Both the position numbers and the translations under genes were made by a program. A DNA stretch of 64,000 bases, taken from assembly GCA_965224085.1 (NCBI GenBank), contig CBDCYI010000005.1, forward strand, positions 512,001 to 576,000, in the 5' to 3' direction. Origin of the DNA: Candidatus Marinacidobacterales bacterium. GTDB taxonomy: Bacteria > Acidobacteriota > Vicinamibacteria > Marinacidobacterales > SMYC01. Shown piece by piece: positions 19,381-29,256 of this stretch (position 1 is the first letter of the stretch; each line of letters opens with the position of its first letter). Under the pieces are notes generated by a model. That model did no database searches. It was given only the letters and a program-made list of their open reading frames with translations, and was not told where the DNA came from.

Positions 19381-20209
19381 GAGGAGTATCTCGCACGTGG
19401 GCGAGTGGCTTGAGCGCCTCGACATTGGCCACGGCACAAGCTGGATCGTCGGTCATGATGCCGTCGACGCCCCATCCGAGTAGACGGGTGATGTGGATTG
19501 GCTCGTTCACGGTCCACACGTGCACTTCCACGTCGAGCTCGTGAACAGCATCGATGACGGGTTTCGAAACAACCCGTCTCAAGCCCTTATATTCCGGCAC
19601 TTGGAACGCGGTGCCCGGTGGCCGATAGCCGGCAAGGCTTCCGCCTCTCACTCGAAGGAGAAAATCGCGCACCTCTTCCTTGCTGAAGCTCGTGGCCACT
19701 TGCGGCGCGACACCCCGGAAGCGCTGCAGCACGTCGTGATGGTGCGAGGCGACGATGACACGTTCTTCGGCACCGTGCCGGCGCAGACGAGTGGCGACAA
19801 CCTGCTCGACACCCGAGCGGGTCTTCTTGATCTCCAAGGTAAGACCCACATCGGGAAACTTGGTTAGGACTTCGTCCAGCGTCGGCATCCTCAAGCCCTT
19901 GCCGCGATAAGGGAAGGTGCGTCCATAATCCATCGTAAACTTGTATCCCGCATCGAGCTTTTGAAGCTCAGCGAGGGACATGTTCTCAACCCGTCCCCGG
20001 CGGCCCGTAGTTCTGGACACGGAATTGTCATGGATGATTACGGGCTCGCCATCCGCTGTCAAGTGGATGTCCATCTCCAGATAGGACGCCCCTTGCTGGC
20101 ACGCGAGGCTGAAGGAATCGATCGTGTTCTCGGGCGCGCGGGCACAGGCGCCACGGTGGCCGAAGAGCCTTGGCGAAGGACCCGAGAAGAAGCCGTTATT
20201 TGAGGACAC
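19370..20209 (-). CDS. Glycerophosphodiester phosphodiesterase
   Basis: GHRGA..APENT, EMDIHLTADG..VIIHD, LEIK, VWTVN, GVDGIMTD. Confidence 0.9.
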   Translation of the reverse strand: MSSNNGFFSGPSPRLFGHRGACARAPENTIDSFSLACQQGASYLEMDIHLTADGEPVIIHDNSVSRTTGRRGRVENMSLAELQKLDAGYKFTMDYGRTFPYRGKGLRMPTLDEVLTKFPDVGLTLEIKKTRSGVEQVVATRLRRHGAEERVIVASHHHDVLQRFRGVAPQVATSFSKEEVRDFLLRVRGGSLAGYRPPGTAFQVPEYKGLRRVVSKPVIDAVHELDVEVHVWTVNEPIHITRLLGWGVDGIMTDDPACAVANVEALKPLAHVRDTPHAS

Positions 20210-20322
20210 TTTGATCTGGTCGAGTTTCTCAGCGATTATGTCGACGAAGATGCCTCGAAAGAGAAGCGCCTCCGATTGACCCGTTTGCGGGAACCAGTGT
20301 TTATGTTTCTATTATCCGGACG

Positions 20323-22863
20323 CTACCGCGTTTCGTCAAAGGCGGTTATGCGCAGGAAGACACCGAGCTCTCGGCGGTCGGGGTCCTTCGGGTCGAGCTC
20401 CGAAGGCCTGAATCCGCCTTCACTGAAAACGGTGAACGCGGCGAGACCTTCTTCGATGGCAACACGAACGCGCTTCTTCTCCCAGGCTCTGAGACGGAAG
20501 CGCCTGCTGTCCGACCCTGTCTCGACGCGCACCCAGTTCTCTGAGCCGCCGTTCGAAAGCTCGAGCTCGTCGCCCGTCGTGGATTCGAGCGCGAAGGCCG
20601 CGCGCGCGCCTCGCTTCACCCAGAAGCCGCGGCGATCGAGATAGGCTCCGTCATCAAAACTGTGAACACGCTCGTCGCCGGGGAAGACGAGACTTCGGTT
20701 CACGACCGGTCGCGGCCCGAAGAGCTCGTCCCAATGCACCCGTGGAGGACCTCCGTCTTCGAAACGTCGCAGGCGCACGCGAAAACGGCCGAGCGCGACT
20801 TTCGACTCGAAGCGGGCGCCGTCCGGCTCGAAGCAGTTCTGGTCACTGCACGGCGCAAAGCCTTCGAGGGCGACTCCAGATATGCGATAACGTCCCGCCG
20901 GGATGTGGTACGGCAAGCTCCACCAATGGAGAGGGTCGCCGTCGGGACGGAAAGGACGGAGGCGCAGCGAGACGCGCGCCTTGACATCGTCCCCGCTCAA
21001 GCGCTCTCCCGATGGAAAGGCGCGAAAGGCGTCAGCTCTGCCTACGCTGAGCTGTCTCATGAGCTCCGTCACCCAGCGGCCTTCGAGGCGGCGCGAGTGC
21101 TGCGCTCCTGTGAGGTCTTGAGCCCAGGCCGCAGCGAGCAGCAGGAGAACGAAAGGCGGCAGCCGCACGGGGCGAGCGAGAAACTGCAGCACGAGAGCGA
21201 GAAGAGCCAGCGCGAGCGCGATGCTTGCGAAAACGATCGAACGCGCGTCCGCGGTAATGAGCGATGGAAGATAGCTCGTGAGATCCCACGAGCTGGAGAG
21301 TGCCTCCCAAAGCCGCCCCGTGCCGTCCTTGGCGTTCAAGTAAAGAGGCTGCCCTGGCAAGAAAACGGTAAAGAGCGAAACGGAGAGACCTACCGCGAGA
21401 AGCGTCGGCAACCACGGCGTCACGCCCTCGTGGCGCTCCCTCACCCACAGACTAGACGCCGCTAATGCGAGAAGCGGGAGCGCTGGGAAGAGAAAACGCG
21501 CAGCGGGAGAATTGCCCCCGGACCAAAGCGGATGGGCGGCACCAGGAAGCGCGACGACTGCGAGCACAAGTAGCGAAACGACTCCAAAAAAGAAATGGCG
21601 CCGTATCAGTGGGACGAGCCCCGCGAGGCCGATGAGGTAGACGGGCGAGACCGGGAGAAGCCCGAACTCTTGGTCGAAGAACAAGCCGAGAAGACCTATC
21701 GGGATACCGGACAGGAAAACACGCTGGCGTCCATACGAAGCGGTGGGATCGAAGCTTCCCGTTGTGACGAAGAAGAACACGAGGAGCGCCAAAGCACCCA
21801 CAGCAGCTCCAGATAAAACGGGGATGCGCCCACGCTGAAACCGATAGGCGAAAGCACCCCACAATAGGGCGGCGAGCGGGATGAACTTCATGTGAAAGAA
21901 AGGAAGCGTCCCGACCAGGAGTGCCCATCCGAGCGCAAAAAGACGCGTCTCGGGCTCGCTTCGGAGAAATCGTGCCATCACGAGCGTCACGATTACCGCG
22001 ACGGGAAGCTCGGGATAAGCGGAAACGGAGAGAAAGAGCGCCGGCGAAGTCAGCCCGAAAACGCAAGGCGCGAGGACCGACGCCTCGCGGTTGCCTGTGA
22101 GAAGGAAAGTAGCAAGATAGATCCCACGCCACAGCATCGCACCCAATAGCGCGAGCGTGATGAGAGCGCCCGTTAGTCCCGCGACCGCGTAGCCCGGGAG
22201 GAGAAGGATCGGCAGTCCAATCCCGTGAATGGAGTACGGTGTTTCGGCGGCGAGATGCGGCCCGATCTTTCCCAGATAGAAATTACGGTAATCCTCCCGA
22301 AAGTAGTTGTTCTGTACACGAAGATCGCCGTCGTGGACGAGGCTGTGGGTGATAAGGAGATAGTGGGGTTCGTCGCCCGAGAGGCCGACATCGTTCGATA
22401 TCTTCAAGCCGACGGCGAGATGAACGCAAAACCCGACAAAAGCTATGCGACGCGTCGTCGCGATGTGGCGCCCGAGCCCGCGCGGCGCGAGCGCACGCCA
22501 CAGCCACAACAACGTTGCGGTCACGAGTAGAAAGTCGAGCAGTCGCCCCGAGAAGAGAGCCGTGAACGGCGCCACTGAGAAGAGCGACGGGACGAATACG
22601 GCGCCCGCCAGGCCGGCCGGGAGAAATGGCGTGATCCAGCTCGCCTTCCCAAAGCGGTGAGCCGCAAAACCGAGCGCGGCCCCGAGCGAGACAAACGCCG
22701 CAACGACAAAGATGTTAGGGGTCGAGCTCAGGAGCCAGGGCTCGACATTGATGTCGACGTCCCGATCTGAGACCGGGAAGACCGGAAAGCGCAATGTTGC
22801 GCGCATCGCGAGCGCGAGGCCAAGCGCCATGCCCGCCACCACCGCGATCCAGATGGATTTCAA
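20323..22863 (-). CDS. Polytopic membrane protein, GT-C-like glycosyltransferase candidate
   Basis: Many TM segments, GDEPHYLL loop motif, YPE, ARFL; TTG start overlapping upstream stop. Confidence 0.6.
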   Translation of the reverse strand: MKSIWIAVVAGMALGLALAMRATLRFPVFPVSDRDVDINVEPWLLSSTPNIFVVAAFVSLGAALGFAAHRFGKASWITPFLPAGLAGAVFVPSLFSVAPFTALFSGRLLDFLLVTATLLWLWRALAPRGLGRHIATTRRIAFVGFCVHLAVGLKISNDVGLSGDEPHYLLITHSLVHDGDLRVQNNYFREDYRNFYLGKIGPHLAAETPYSIHGIGLPILLLPGYAVAGLTGALITLALLGAMLWRGIYLATFLLTGNREASVLAPCVFGLTSPALFLSVSAYPELPVAVIVTLVMARFLRSEPETRLFALGWALLVGTLPFFHMKFIPLAALLWGAFAYRFQRGRIPVLSGAAVGALALLVFFFVTTGSFDPTASYGRQRVFLSGIPIGLLGLFFDQEFGLLPVSPVYLIGLAGLVPLIRRHFFFGVVSLLVLAVVALPGAAHPLWSGGNSPAARFLFPALPLLALAASSLWVRERHEGVTPWLPTLLAVGLSVSLFTVFLPGQPLYLNAKDGTGRLWEALSSSWDLTSYLPSLITADARSIVFASIALALALLALVLQFLARPVRLPPFVLLLLAAAWAQDLTGAQHSRRLEGRWVTELMRQLSVGRADAFRAFPSGERLSGDDVKARVSLRLRPFRPDGDPLHWWSLPYHIPAGRYRISGVALEGFAPCSDQNCFEPDGARFESKVALGRFRVRLRRFEDGGPPRVHWDELFGPRPVVNRSLVFPGDERVHSFDDGAYLDRRGFWVKRGARAAFALESTTGDELELSNGGSENWVRVETGSDSRRFRLRAWEKKRVRVAIEEGLAAFTVFSEGGFRPSELDPKDPDRRELGVFLRITAFDETR

Positions 22864-23420
22864 GGCGCGTTGTGTTGCGCGAAGGCCGGATGGGTGCGGA
22901 GGTAGGACAAGGCGATGATCGTCTTCGCGTCCCGAACGTCGACACCAGCGACGAGCGACATCGCTTCCTCCCAAGGGAGCTCTACGATCTCGAGGCTCTC
23001 GTCCTCGTCGAGTGACTGCGTCCTCGCTTCGAGATCGGTCGCGGCGAACAGGTGCATCTTTTCTTCGAGAACGCCGGGAGACGGGTAGAACTCGAGCAGC
23101 TTTTCGAGCCGCTTCGGGAAATAGCCTGTCTCCTCGACGAGCTCGCGGCTCGCGGTCTCTTCGGGACGCTCGCCGGGATCGATCGTGCCCGCGGGCACCT
23201 CGAGAAGAAACTCGCCAGCGGCATAACGATATTGCCGGACGAGCACAACCCGACCATTGTTCGTCACCGGCACGAGCACCGCGGCGCCTCGATGCCTGAG
23301 GACTTCGCGCTCGACCTCCATGCCCGACGGCTCCACGACGCGATCCACTTCGAGCGTCACGAGTCGTCCTTCGAAAATGCGCCGGCGCCCGAGGAGCTGC
23401 GCTTCGCCCTCGACACTCAT
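22860..23420 (-). CDS. ADP-ribose pyrophosphatase-like NUDIX hydrolase
   Basis: REVLRH, VRQYRY, EVPAGTIDPGE..ASRELVEETGY, YPSPG, DAKTII. Confidence 0.88.
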   Translation of the reverse strand: MSVEGEAQLLGRRRIFEGRLVTLEVDRVVEPSGMEVEREVLRHRGAAVLVPVTNNGRVVLVRQYRYAAGEFLLEVPAGTIDPGERPEETASRELVEETGYFPKRLEKLLEFYPSPGVLEEKMHLFAATDLEARTQSLDEDESLEIVELPWEEAMSLVAGVDVRDAKTIIALSYLRTHPAFAQHNAP

Positions 23421-23466
23421 TGGTCGCGATTCTAACACGCGCTCTTGTCTGGTACATTCGTTCAAG

Positions 23467-24665
23467 ATGAACGTGCTCTTGCTGTCGTTACTCGCCGCTT
23501 CGAGCCCGGCCCTCGGGCTGAAACTTCGGCCCTCGAGGCTGAAACCTCAGTTGCCCTGGCGAAGCTGGAAGAGCGAGGCCGCTCTCACCTCTACAATCTG
23601 GAATACGACGATGCCCGCACGATTTTCTCGAGCCTCGGGGAGCTCGCACCCACTTCGCCCGTCGGCCCCTATTACGAGGCGACGACGATTTGGATGGAAG
23701 AGTTCACGAGGCGCGGCGGAATGACCGGCTCCACGTTTCGGACGGGCCGTTACTGGAACGACAACCTTCACGAGCCGCCGGCGCCGGAGCTCGATCGAGA
23801 GTTCAAAAACCTCGTGGCCGAGGCCGTCGAACGTGCGGAGGCGGCGTTGGCACGGGACCCCGAAAACGCCGACGCGCTCTACTTTCGAGGTGCTGCCGAG
23901 GGCGTTATGAGTGCGTATCTCGCCATGATCGAACGCAGCTATTACAGCTCCTACAAAGCCGGAAAGCGGGCCAAGAGCTATCACGAGCAGCTCCTCGAGG
24001 TAGACCCGGAATATGCGGATGCGTATCTTCTTCCGGGCATCTACGAATACACCGTCGCCACGCTTCCACGGACGCTCCGCTTCGCAGGGTTTCTCATCGG
24101 GATCCGCGGCTCTCGCGAGAAGGGGCTCGAGCTCGTGAGAAAAGCGGTGGAGGGTGGAGACCGGACGCGCTGGGTGGCGAGGCTTTCGCTCAGCGTGATG
24201 GAGCAGCGGGAGAAGAAATACCGGCGCTCTTTAGCCGTGCTGCGCGAGCTCGAGGCAGCCTTTCCTAAAAACCCGCTCTTTCCCCTCGAGCGCGGCTCGG
24301 TTCACTTGTTGCGAAAAGACTGGTCCGCCGCGCGGCGCGCCTTCGATGAAGTGCGGAGAAACCAAGCGGCAGGAAAGCCGCATTTCGACGCCGCCGAGCC
24401 CTCGCTCATACTCCTGAAGATCGCGGAGAGCTATCTCTTCGCAAAAAATTTCCGGCGTGCGAACGACAACCTGCGCAGAGCACTCGAGATCCCGGACATT
24501 CCCGACCGCATCAAGGCCGTAATCTTTCTGCGGCGCGGAATGGCCAGCGACGCCACCAGCCGTCGCGACCGCGCCCGCGCCGACTACCGCCGCACCCTGG
24601 CGCTGAACGTGGACAAACTCACCAACAACCGAGCAAAACGCTACCTAAGAAAGCCCTACCGCTAA
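23467..24665 (+). CDS. Secreted TPR protein with a 1-bp frameshift near 23516
   Basis: Signal peptide MNVLLLSLLAASSP from ATG 23467 is out of frame with the TPR body (YNLEY, DPENADALY, DPEYADAY); restoring one A joins them. Confidence 0.65.
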
Positions 24666-24716
24666 GTTCCCGCAATCCAAAAGGTAACCGGCAGCCGGCA
24701 GCCCATCGAATGACGT

Positions 24717-25679
24717 TCACATCGTAGGCTGCTCAGGAAACGCGTAGTAACCCTGGCGCGTTCGCACGACGAGATCGTCGCGGCCTTTGATCTGCACTTG
24801 GATCGTACGCCATTCCCCGTTCTGCTCGAGATTCGAGGGTGTGTAAGCGAGCCGGTACTGGCTATGAAGCTCGTTCTGGATCTGCTCGAAGCTCCGGTTC
24901 AGATCCCCGATCCCCTTCGGGAAGAAAGCTTGGCCGCCTGTTTCCCGGGAGATCTTCTTCAAGAAGCCTTTGTTCACGCCGCGGGAGCCGGCGGAGCGCC
25001 GCCCTTGAAAGCCGACCGAGTAGATCGAGACTTCCGAGAACTTGGCACCTTCGATGGCGTCTTTCGACGTAGCCTCGCTCCCCTGGCCGACCGAGCGCGA
25101 GTCGTCGCCGTCGGTGAAGACAAGAAGCGCTTTCCGACCTTCGGCCTCGGAGACTTTTTCGAGTGAGTAAAGGATCGAATCGTAGAGAGCCGTCCAGCCG
25201 GACGGGTAGAGCGACTGGATGGTCGAGACGAGGCGGTCGATGTCGTCCGAAAAATACGAGCTGAAGCGAATGCGCTCATTGAAGTCGGCGATGATGGCTT
25301 TGTCGCCGTCCCAGAGCTTGCTGACGAAGTTCGACGCCGCTTCTTTGATCCCGCCCATGCTCGGACGGATGCTCGTCGAAGCGTCGAGCAAGACCAGTAG
25401 CGTGACCGGCGTGACCTCGGAGGTGAAGAAGTCGACCTCCTGCCGAGCGCCGTCCTCGAGAACGACGAAATCAGACGCTTCGAGGTCCGGAATGAAGCGG
25501 CCTTTATTGTCCGTCACGACGACGCTCAAATTGATGGCCTGGACCGTGGCACGAAACTGAAAACGATCCCCTTCTTGTTGTTGCGCGATCGCTTGCCGCG
25601 ACACCAGAAATCCAGCAAACATCAATGGAATTAGAAAGATAACGATGCCTAGGACGCGACGATCAAGACGATGAATCAT
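24717..25679 (-). CDS. VWA domain protein (acidobacterial type)
   Basis: VTDNKGRFIPDL..DF.VLEDG..Q, LLDASTS MIDAS, TALYD, FTDGDD, TGG, QY.LAY, VRTRQGYY. Confidence 0.88.
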   Translation of the reverse strand: MIHRLDRRVLGIVIFLIPLMFAGFLVSRQAIAQQQEGDRFQFRATVQAINLSVVVTDNKGRFIPDLEASDFVVLEDGARQEVDFFTSEVTPVTLLVLLDASTSIRPSMGGIKEAASNFVSKLWDGDKAIIADFNERIRFSSYFSDDIDRLVSTIQSLYPSGWTALYDSILYSLEKVSEAEGRKALLVFTDGDDSRSVGQGSEATSKDAIEGAKFSEVSIYSVGFQGRRSAGSRGVNKGFLKKISRETGGQAFFPKGIGDLNRSFEQIQNELHSQYRLAYTPSNLEQNGEWRTIQVQIKGRDDLVVRTRQGYYAFPEQPTM

Positions 25680-25842
25680 GAATTCGCCTCCCCGTGCCGG
25701 CGTTAAATGGAGGGTTCGCACGTCGACGTGCGGCCCGACGGGGCCGCTTTCTGCGGGTAGTCTAACACAATCGCCCGACGTCAACTGTGACGTGCGCAGC
25801 GATTTGTTCACTTCAGGGATTTTAGCTACACTGATCGAGGCG

Positions 25843-26238
25843 ATGGACGACAAACACCTGTTCACCGTTCGGGAAGCGAACGAGCTTATTCCCTTTCTCA
25901 GCGACAAATTGGAGGAGCTCGGCCGTGTACATCAGAAGCTCGAAGTGTGGTCGCAGGACACGCCTTCGCAGCAAGAGATCGCGCTCAGAGGCGGCATGCT
26001 GGCCGACCCTCGATACGTCGCACTCCTGACACGGCTTCAAACCCTCGTCGACGATATCTGCTCAGAAGGCTGCTACTTGAAAGACCTCGAGTCCGGTCTC
26101 GTCGATTTTCCCACGCTTTGGGAAGGCCGGGAGGTCTATCTCTGCTGGAAGCTCGGCGAGTCCGAAGTTGCTCACTGGCACGAGATCGAGGCGGGGTTTG
26201 CGGGCCGCCAGTCGCTGAAGAGCGATTCCGCAAAATAG
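25843..26238 (+). CDS. DUF2203 family protein
   Basis: FTVREANELIP, LKDLESGLVDFP, VYLCWKLGE, WHE..AGFAGRQ. Confidence 0.8.
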   Translation: MDDKHLFTVREANELIPFLSDKLEELGRVHQKLEVWSQDTPSQQEIALRGGMLADPRYVALLTRLQTLVDDICSEGCYLKDLESGLVDFPTLWEGREVYLCWKLGESEVAHWHEIEAGFAGRQSLKSDSAK

Positions 26239-26257
26239 CGAAGCGTCGTGCAAGCTC

Positions 26258-26806
26258 TTGCCGTTTGCTTATTATCATCGCCTAACGAAAGCCCAGAGAA
26301 GAATCTACGACGAGAGCAATAGCATCGGTGCGATCGAGCTTTATCGCCCTGAGCTTCAGCGGGAGCGCGTCCTCGCGCTTCAGACAGCGCTCGAGAGCGG
26401 CGAGCGAGCCCCGACCGAGCGCGCCACCCAAGAGCTCGCGGACGGGCTCACAGAGGCTCTCGGAGTGCCGAAACTACGGATTCAGCTCGCGGAGCGCCGG
26501 CCCTCGTGGCAGACGGGAGAGCTGCACGGGCTCTACGAGGCGGATGAAAAAGGCCACTACAAAGTCTCGCTTTGGATGCGGACCGCTCAGCGACAGCAAG
26601 TCGTTAAATTCAAGACGTTTCTACGCACGATGCTGCACGAGCTCGGCCACCACCTCGATTATCAAAAGTTTCGGCTCAGAGACTCGTTTCACACGGAGGG
26701 GTTCTACCGGCGGGAATCGAGCTTACTTCGCCAGCTCTTTGTCGGCGAGCCGGCGAGCGACAGGAAACCACGGCCGCGCTTGCGTCCGCCGCCCAGGATT
26801 GTGTAA
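26258..26806 (+). CDS. Hypothetical protein with zincin HExxH motif
   Basis: ELHGLY, TMLHELGHHLD, SFHTEGFY. Confidence 0.65.
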   Translation: MPFAYYHRLTKAQRRIYDESNSIGAIELYRPELQRERVLALQTALESGERAPTERATQELADGLTEALGVPKLRIQLAERRPSWQTGELHGLYEADEKGHYKVSLWMRTAQRQQVVKFKTFLRTMLHELGHHLDYQKFRLRDSFHTEGFYRRESSLLRQLFVGEPASDRKPRPRLRPPPRIV

Positions 26807-26942
26807 GCTTATTTGTTTGAGTGCCGGTCTCGGCTTGCTCGCTACGACCTTTTAGAAAAACAACACGGGCCTCGCGCGCCCCCGTAGGGGAATTCAGCAA
26901 GTGGTTCCCTTTCAATTTCTGAAAATCGGAGGAAACTGAAGA

Positions 26943-27707
26943 ATGAAGAAGCTAGTCCTGATTGCATCTCTCGCTCTCGCGCTCATGGTCGCCTGCGGCG
27001 GTGGCGGAGAGGATGTCTCGGCACCGGCAGCGTCAGCGGCTCCGGCCGCACCCGCCTTCGACCCCGCCACCGCGGGCGCCGTGACGGGCACGGTCACGCT
27101 CGCAGGTGATGCGCCAGAAATGAGCACCATCCAGATGGCCGCCGACCCGAACTGCGCTCGATTGCATTCCGAGGCGGTCACGAACGAGTTCGTCGTTGTC
27201 GGCGAAGGCGGGACCCTGGCCAACGCGTTCGTGTACGTCAAGAGCGGTATTGAGGGATCGTTCCCTCCGCCAAGCGAGCCCGTTGTGCTCAACCAGGAAG
27301 GCTGCCTCTACACGCCTCACGTCCTGGGCATTCAAGTCGGCCAGACGCTCCAAATCGTCAATAGCGACGAGACGCTCCACAACATCCACGCCATGCCGAA
27401 GAACAACAAAGAGTTCAACATCGGGCAGCCTATCAAAGGCTTGAAAACGGACAAGACCTTCGACAATGTCGAGGTTATGGTTCCCTTCAAATGCGACGTG
27501 CACAAGTGGATGAACAGCTACGCGGGCGTTCTCGATCATCCATATTTCGCGGTGACCGGGCTCGACGGCTCCTTCAATATTCCGGACCTTCCCCCTGGCA
27601 ACTACGTCGTCGAAGCGTGGCACGAGCGGCTCGGAACGCAAGAGATGAACATCACGGTTGGCGAGAAAGAGACCGTCGAAGCGAGCTTTGCGTTCAGCGG
27701 AGAGTAG
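26943..27707 (+). CDS. Lipoprotein with cupredoxin-like and carboxypeptidase-regulatory-like domains
   Basis: Lipobox MVAC; QEGCLYTPH, NSDETLHNIH, KCDVHKWM, HPYFAVT..G.F.IPDLPPG.Y..AWHE. Confidence 0.75.
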   Translation: MKKLVLIASLALALMVACGGGGEDVSAPAASAAPAAPAFDPATAGAVTGTVTLAGDAPEMSTIQMAADPNCARLHSEAVTNEFVVVGEGGTLANAFVYVKSGIEGSFPPPSEPVVLNQEGCLYTPHVLGIQVGQTLQIVNSDETLHNIHAMPKNNKEFNIGQPIKGLKTDKTFDNVEVMVPFKCDVHKWMNSYAGVLDHPYFAVTGLDGSFNIPDLPPGNYVVEAWHERLGTQEMNITVGEKETVEASFAFSGE

Positions 27708-27720
27708 ATTTTTCGAAAAT

Positions 27721-27755
27721 GGCCCTCGCCTAATCGGGCGAGGGTCCTTTTTTTT
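27721..27755 (+). terminator. Intrinsic terminator
   Basis: CCCTCGCC-taatcg-GGCGAGGG stem followed by a T8 tract, just after stop 27707. Confidence 0.8.
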
Positions 27756-27761
27756 GTCCCG

Positions 27762-28640
27762 CTACCGGCTGCCTGCTACTTGCTGTCGGGTCAAAGCTGT
27801 GGCAGCTAGTAGAACTAGCAGGATCCAGATGACGTCGGAGACGGCTAGGTGGGCGAGCTGCATCCACACTGGGGCCTTGAGGTAGACGTTGGCGGCGCCA
27901 ACGGCGAGTTGGGCCGATAACATCATTACCAGCGGCCGGCCGTATGGTTTCTCCCTCCATCCCACCCACGCGGCGAAGAGGGCGACTCCGATGGCGACGG
28001 TCGGGTGGTAGAGTCGGGTTGCCAGCAAGCTCGCTAAGAGGGGAGATTCATCGGGCCTAACGCCTTCGGTCAGCAGCAGCGTGTCTCCCAGTGCTGTAAC
28101 GGCGCCGCTCGTACCCACGAGGAGAACACCCGCGAGGACGAGCGTCAGCGGTACGAGGCTCGGTCCCCGAAGAGCAAGCTTGCGCTCGCCGCCCGCGAGC
28201 CAGGCGGTAAGGGTCACGGCGCCTAGAAGCAGGAACGTATTCAAGAGGTGGAAGGCCATCACGTAGACGCGCTCGACGGAGTCATTCGCGGCCACCCACT
28301 CGAACGTGACGAGTCCCGCGCCCAGAAGCGATTCCGTGACGATGAAAAAAAGCGAGCAAACGGCACCTTTGCGGACGGCGTGGCCCCGCGGATAGACGCG
28401 GAAAGCCGCCACAACGAGACCGAGAACGAACACGCCCAAGAGGCCGCTCGTGAGGCGGTGGCCGAACTCGATGAGAGTCTCGACTCGTGGCGAGTGCGGG
28501 ATGACCTCGCCGTTACAGAGCGGCCAGTGGCTCCCACAGCCAGCACCGGAGCCCGTGGCCCGCACGAACGCTCCCCAGAGGATGACGAGAACGGTGTAGC
28601 CGAGAAGGAACCAAGAGACGGAAGCGAATCGCCGATTCAC
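27762..28640 (-). CDS. ctaA: Heme A synthase (COX15/CtaA)
   Basis: GAFVRATGSGAGCGSHWPLCNG, IEFGHR, conserved His residues in TM helices. Confidence 0.85.
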   Translation of the reverse strand: MNRRFASVSWFLLGYTVLVILWGAFVRATGSGAGCGSHWPLCNGEVIPHSPRVETLIEFGHRLTSGLLGVFVLGLVVAAFRVYPRGHAVRKGAVCSLFFIVTESLLGAGLVTFEWVAANDSVERVYVMAFHLLNTFLLLGAVTLTAWLAGGERKLALRGPSLVPLTLVLAGVLLVGTSGAVTALGDTLLLTEGVRPDESPLLASLLATRLYHPTVAIGVALFAAWVGWREKPYGRPLVMMLSAQLAVGAANVYLKAPVWMQLAHLAVSDVIWILLVLLAATALTRQQVAGSR

Positions 28641-28653
28641 GACCAACCTCCCC

Positions 28654-28920
28654 CTACGCGGGAGAGGTACCTTTGTTCACGCGGCGAAGGCCCTTTTCTC
28701 GCTGGTGGCGCTTCCACAGCCATGAGGCGCCGACCACGCTGAAAACGAAATACGGCATGGCGAGCAGGAAGAGGATTCCGCGGTTGAAGCCGGCGGCCAT
28801 CTCGCCGCCATTTTGCTCGAGCGCCGTCACGCACATCGCGCACTGCGCCTGCGCGAGCCCGGGCGCGAGCACGACGGCCGCGACGACGGCCGAGAGCGTC
28901 AAGACCACACGGCCCGTCAT
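28654..28920 (-). CDS. Small membrane protein with QCAMC motif
   Basis: Signal-like N-terminus, AQCAMC, GFNRGILFLLAMPY; within oxidase operon. Confidence 0.7.
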   Translation of the reverse strand: MTGRVVLTLSAVVAAVVLAPGLAQAQCAMCVTALEQNGGEMAAGFNRGILFLLAMPYFVFSVVGASWLWKRHQREKGLRRVNKGTSPA

Positions 28921-29234
28921 TTGTGGATGCTGTTCTCCAGAATGTGGCCGCCGTCATAAGCGGGGACGAGGAACATCAAAACGCTCGTCAGGAAAATACC
29001 GACGAGGACCGTCAACACCAATCCTTTGTGCTCGAAGCGTAAATGCATGAAGTAAAAGATGATCAGCGTCGCTTTGGTGGCAGATCCAAGAAGCAGCAGG
29101 ATCACTTTCGGCGCCTGCGACAGTGGCGATTCTCCGATGAAGATCATCGTGACCGTGAGCACCCCGAGGACGGCCAGGATCTTCGCATATTGGAGATAGA
29201 CTTTCTTTCCTGATTCAGCTGGATGTTCGGACAT
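28917..29234 (-). CDS. Cytochrome c oxidase subunit IV family protein
   Basis: Three TM helices, KATLIIFYFMHLRFE. Confidence 0.8.
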   Translation of the reverse strand: MSEHPAESGKKVYLQYAKILAVLGVLTVTMIFIGESPLSQAPKVILLLLGSATKATLIIFYFMHLRFEHKGLVLTVLVGIFLTSVLMFLVPAYDGGHILENSIHK

Positions 29235-29256
29235 CGCTGATTACTCCTTGCCTCGT

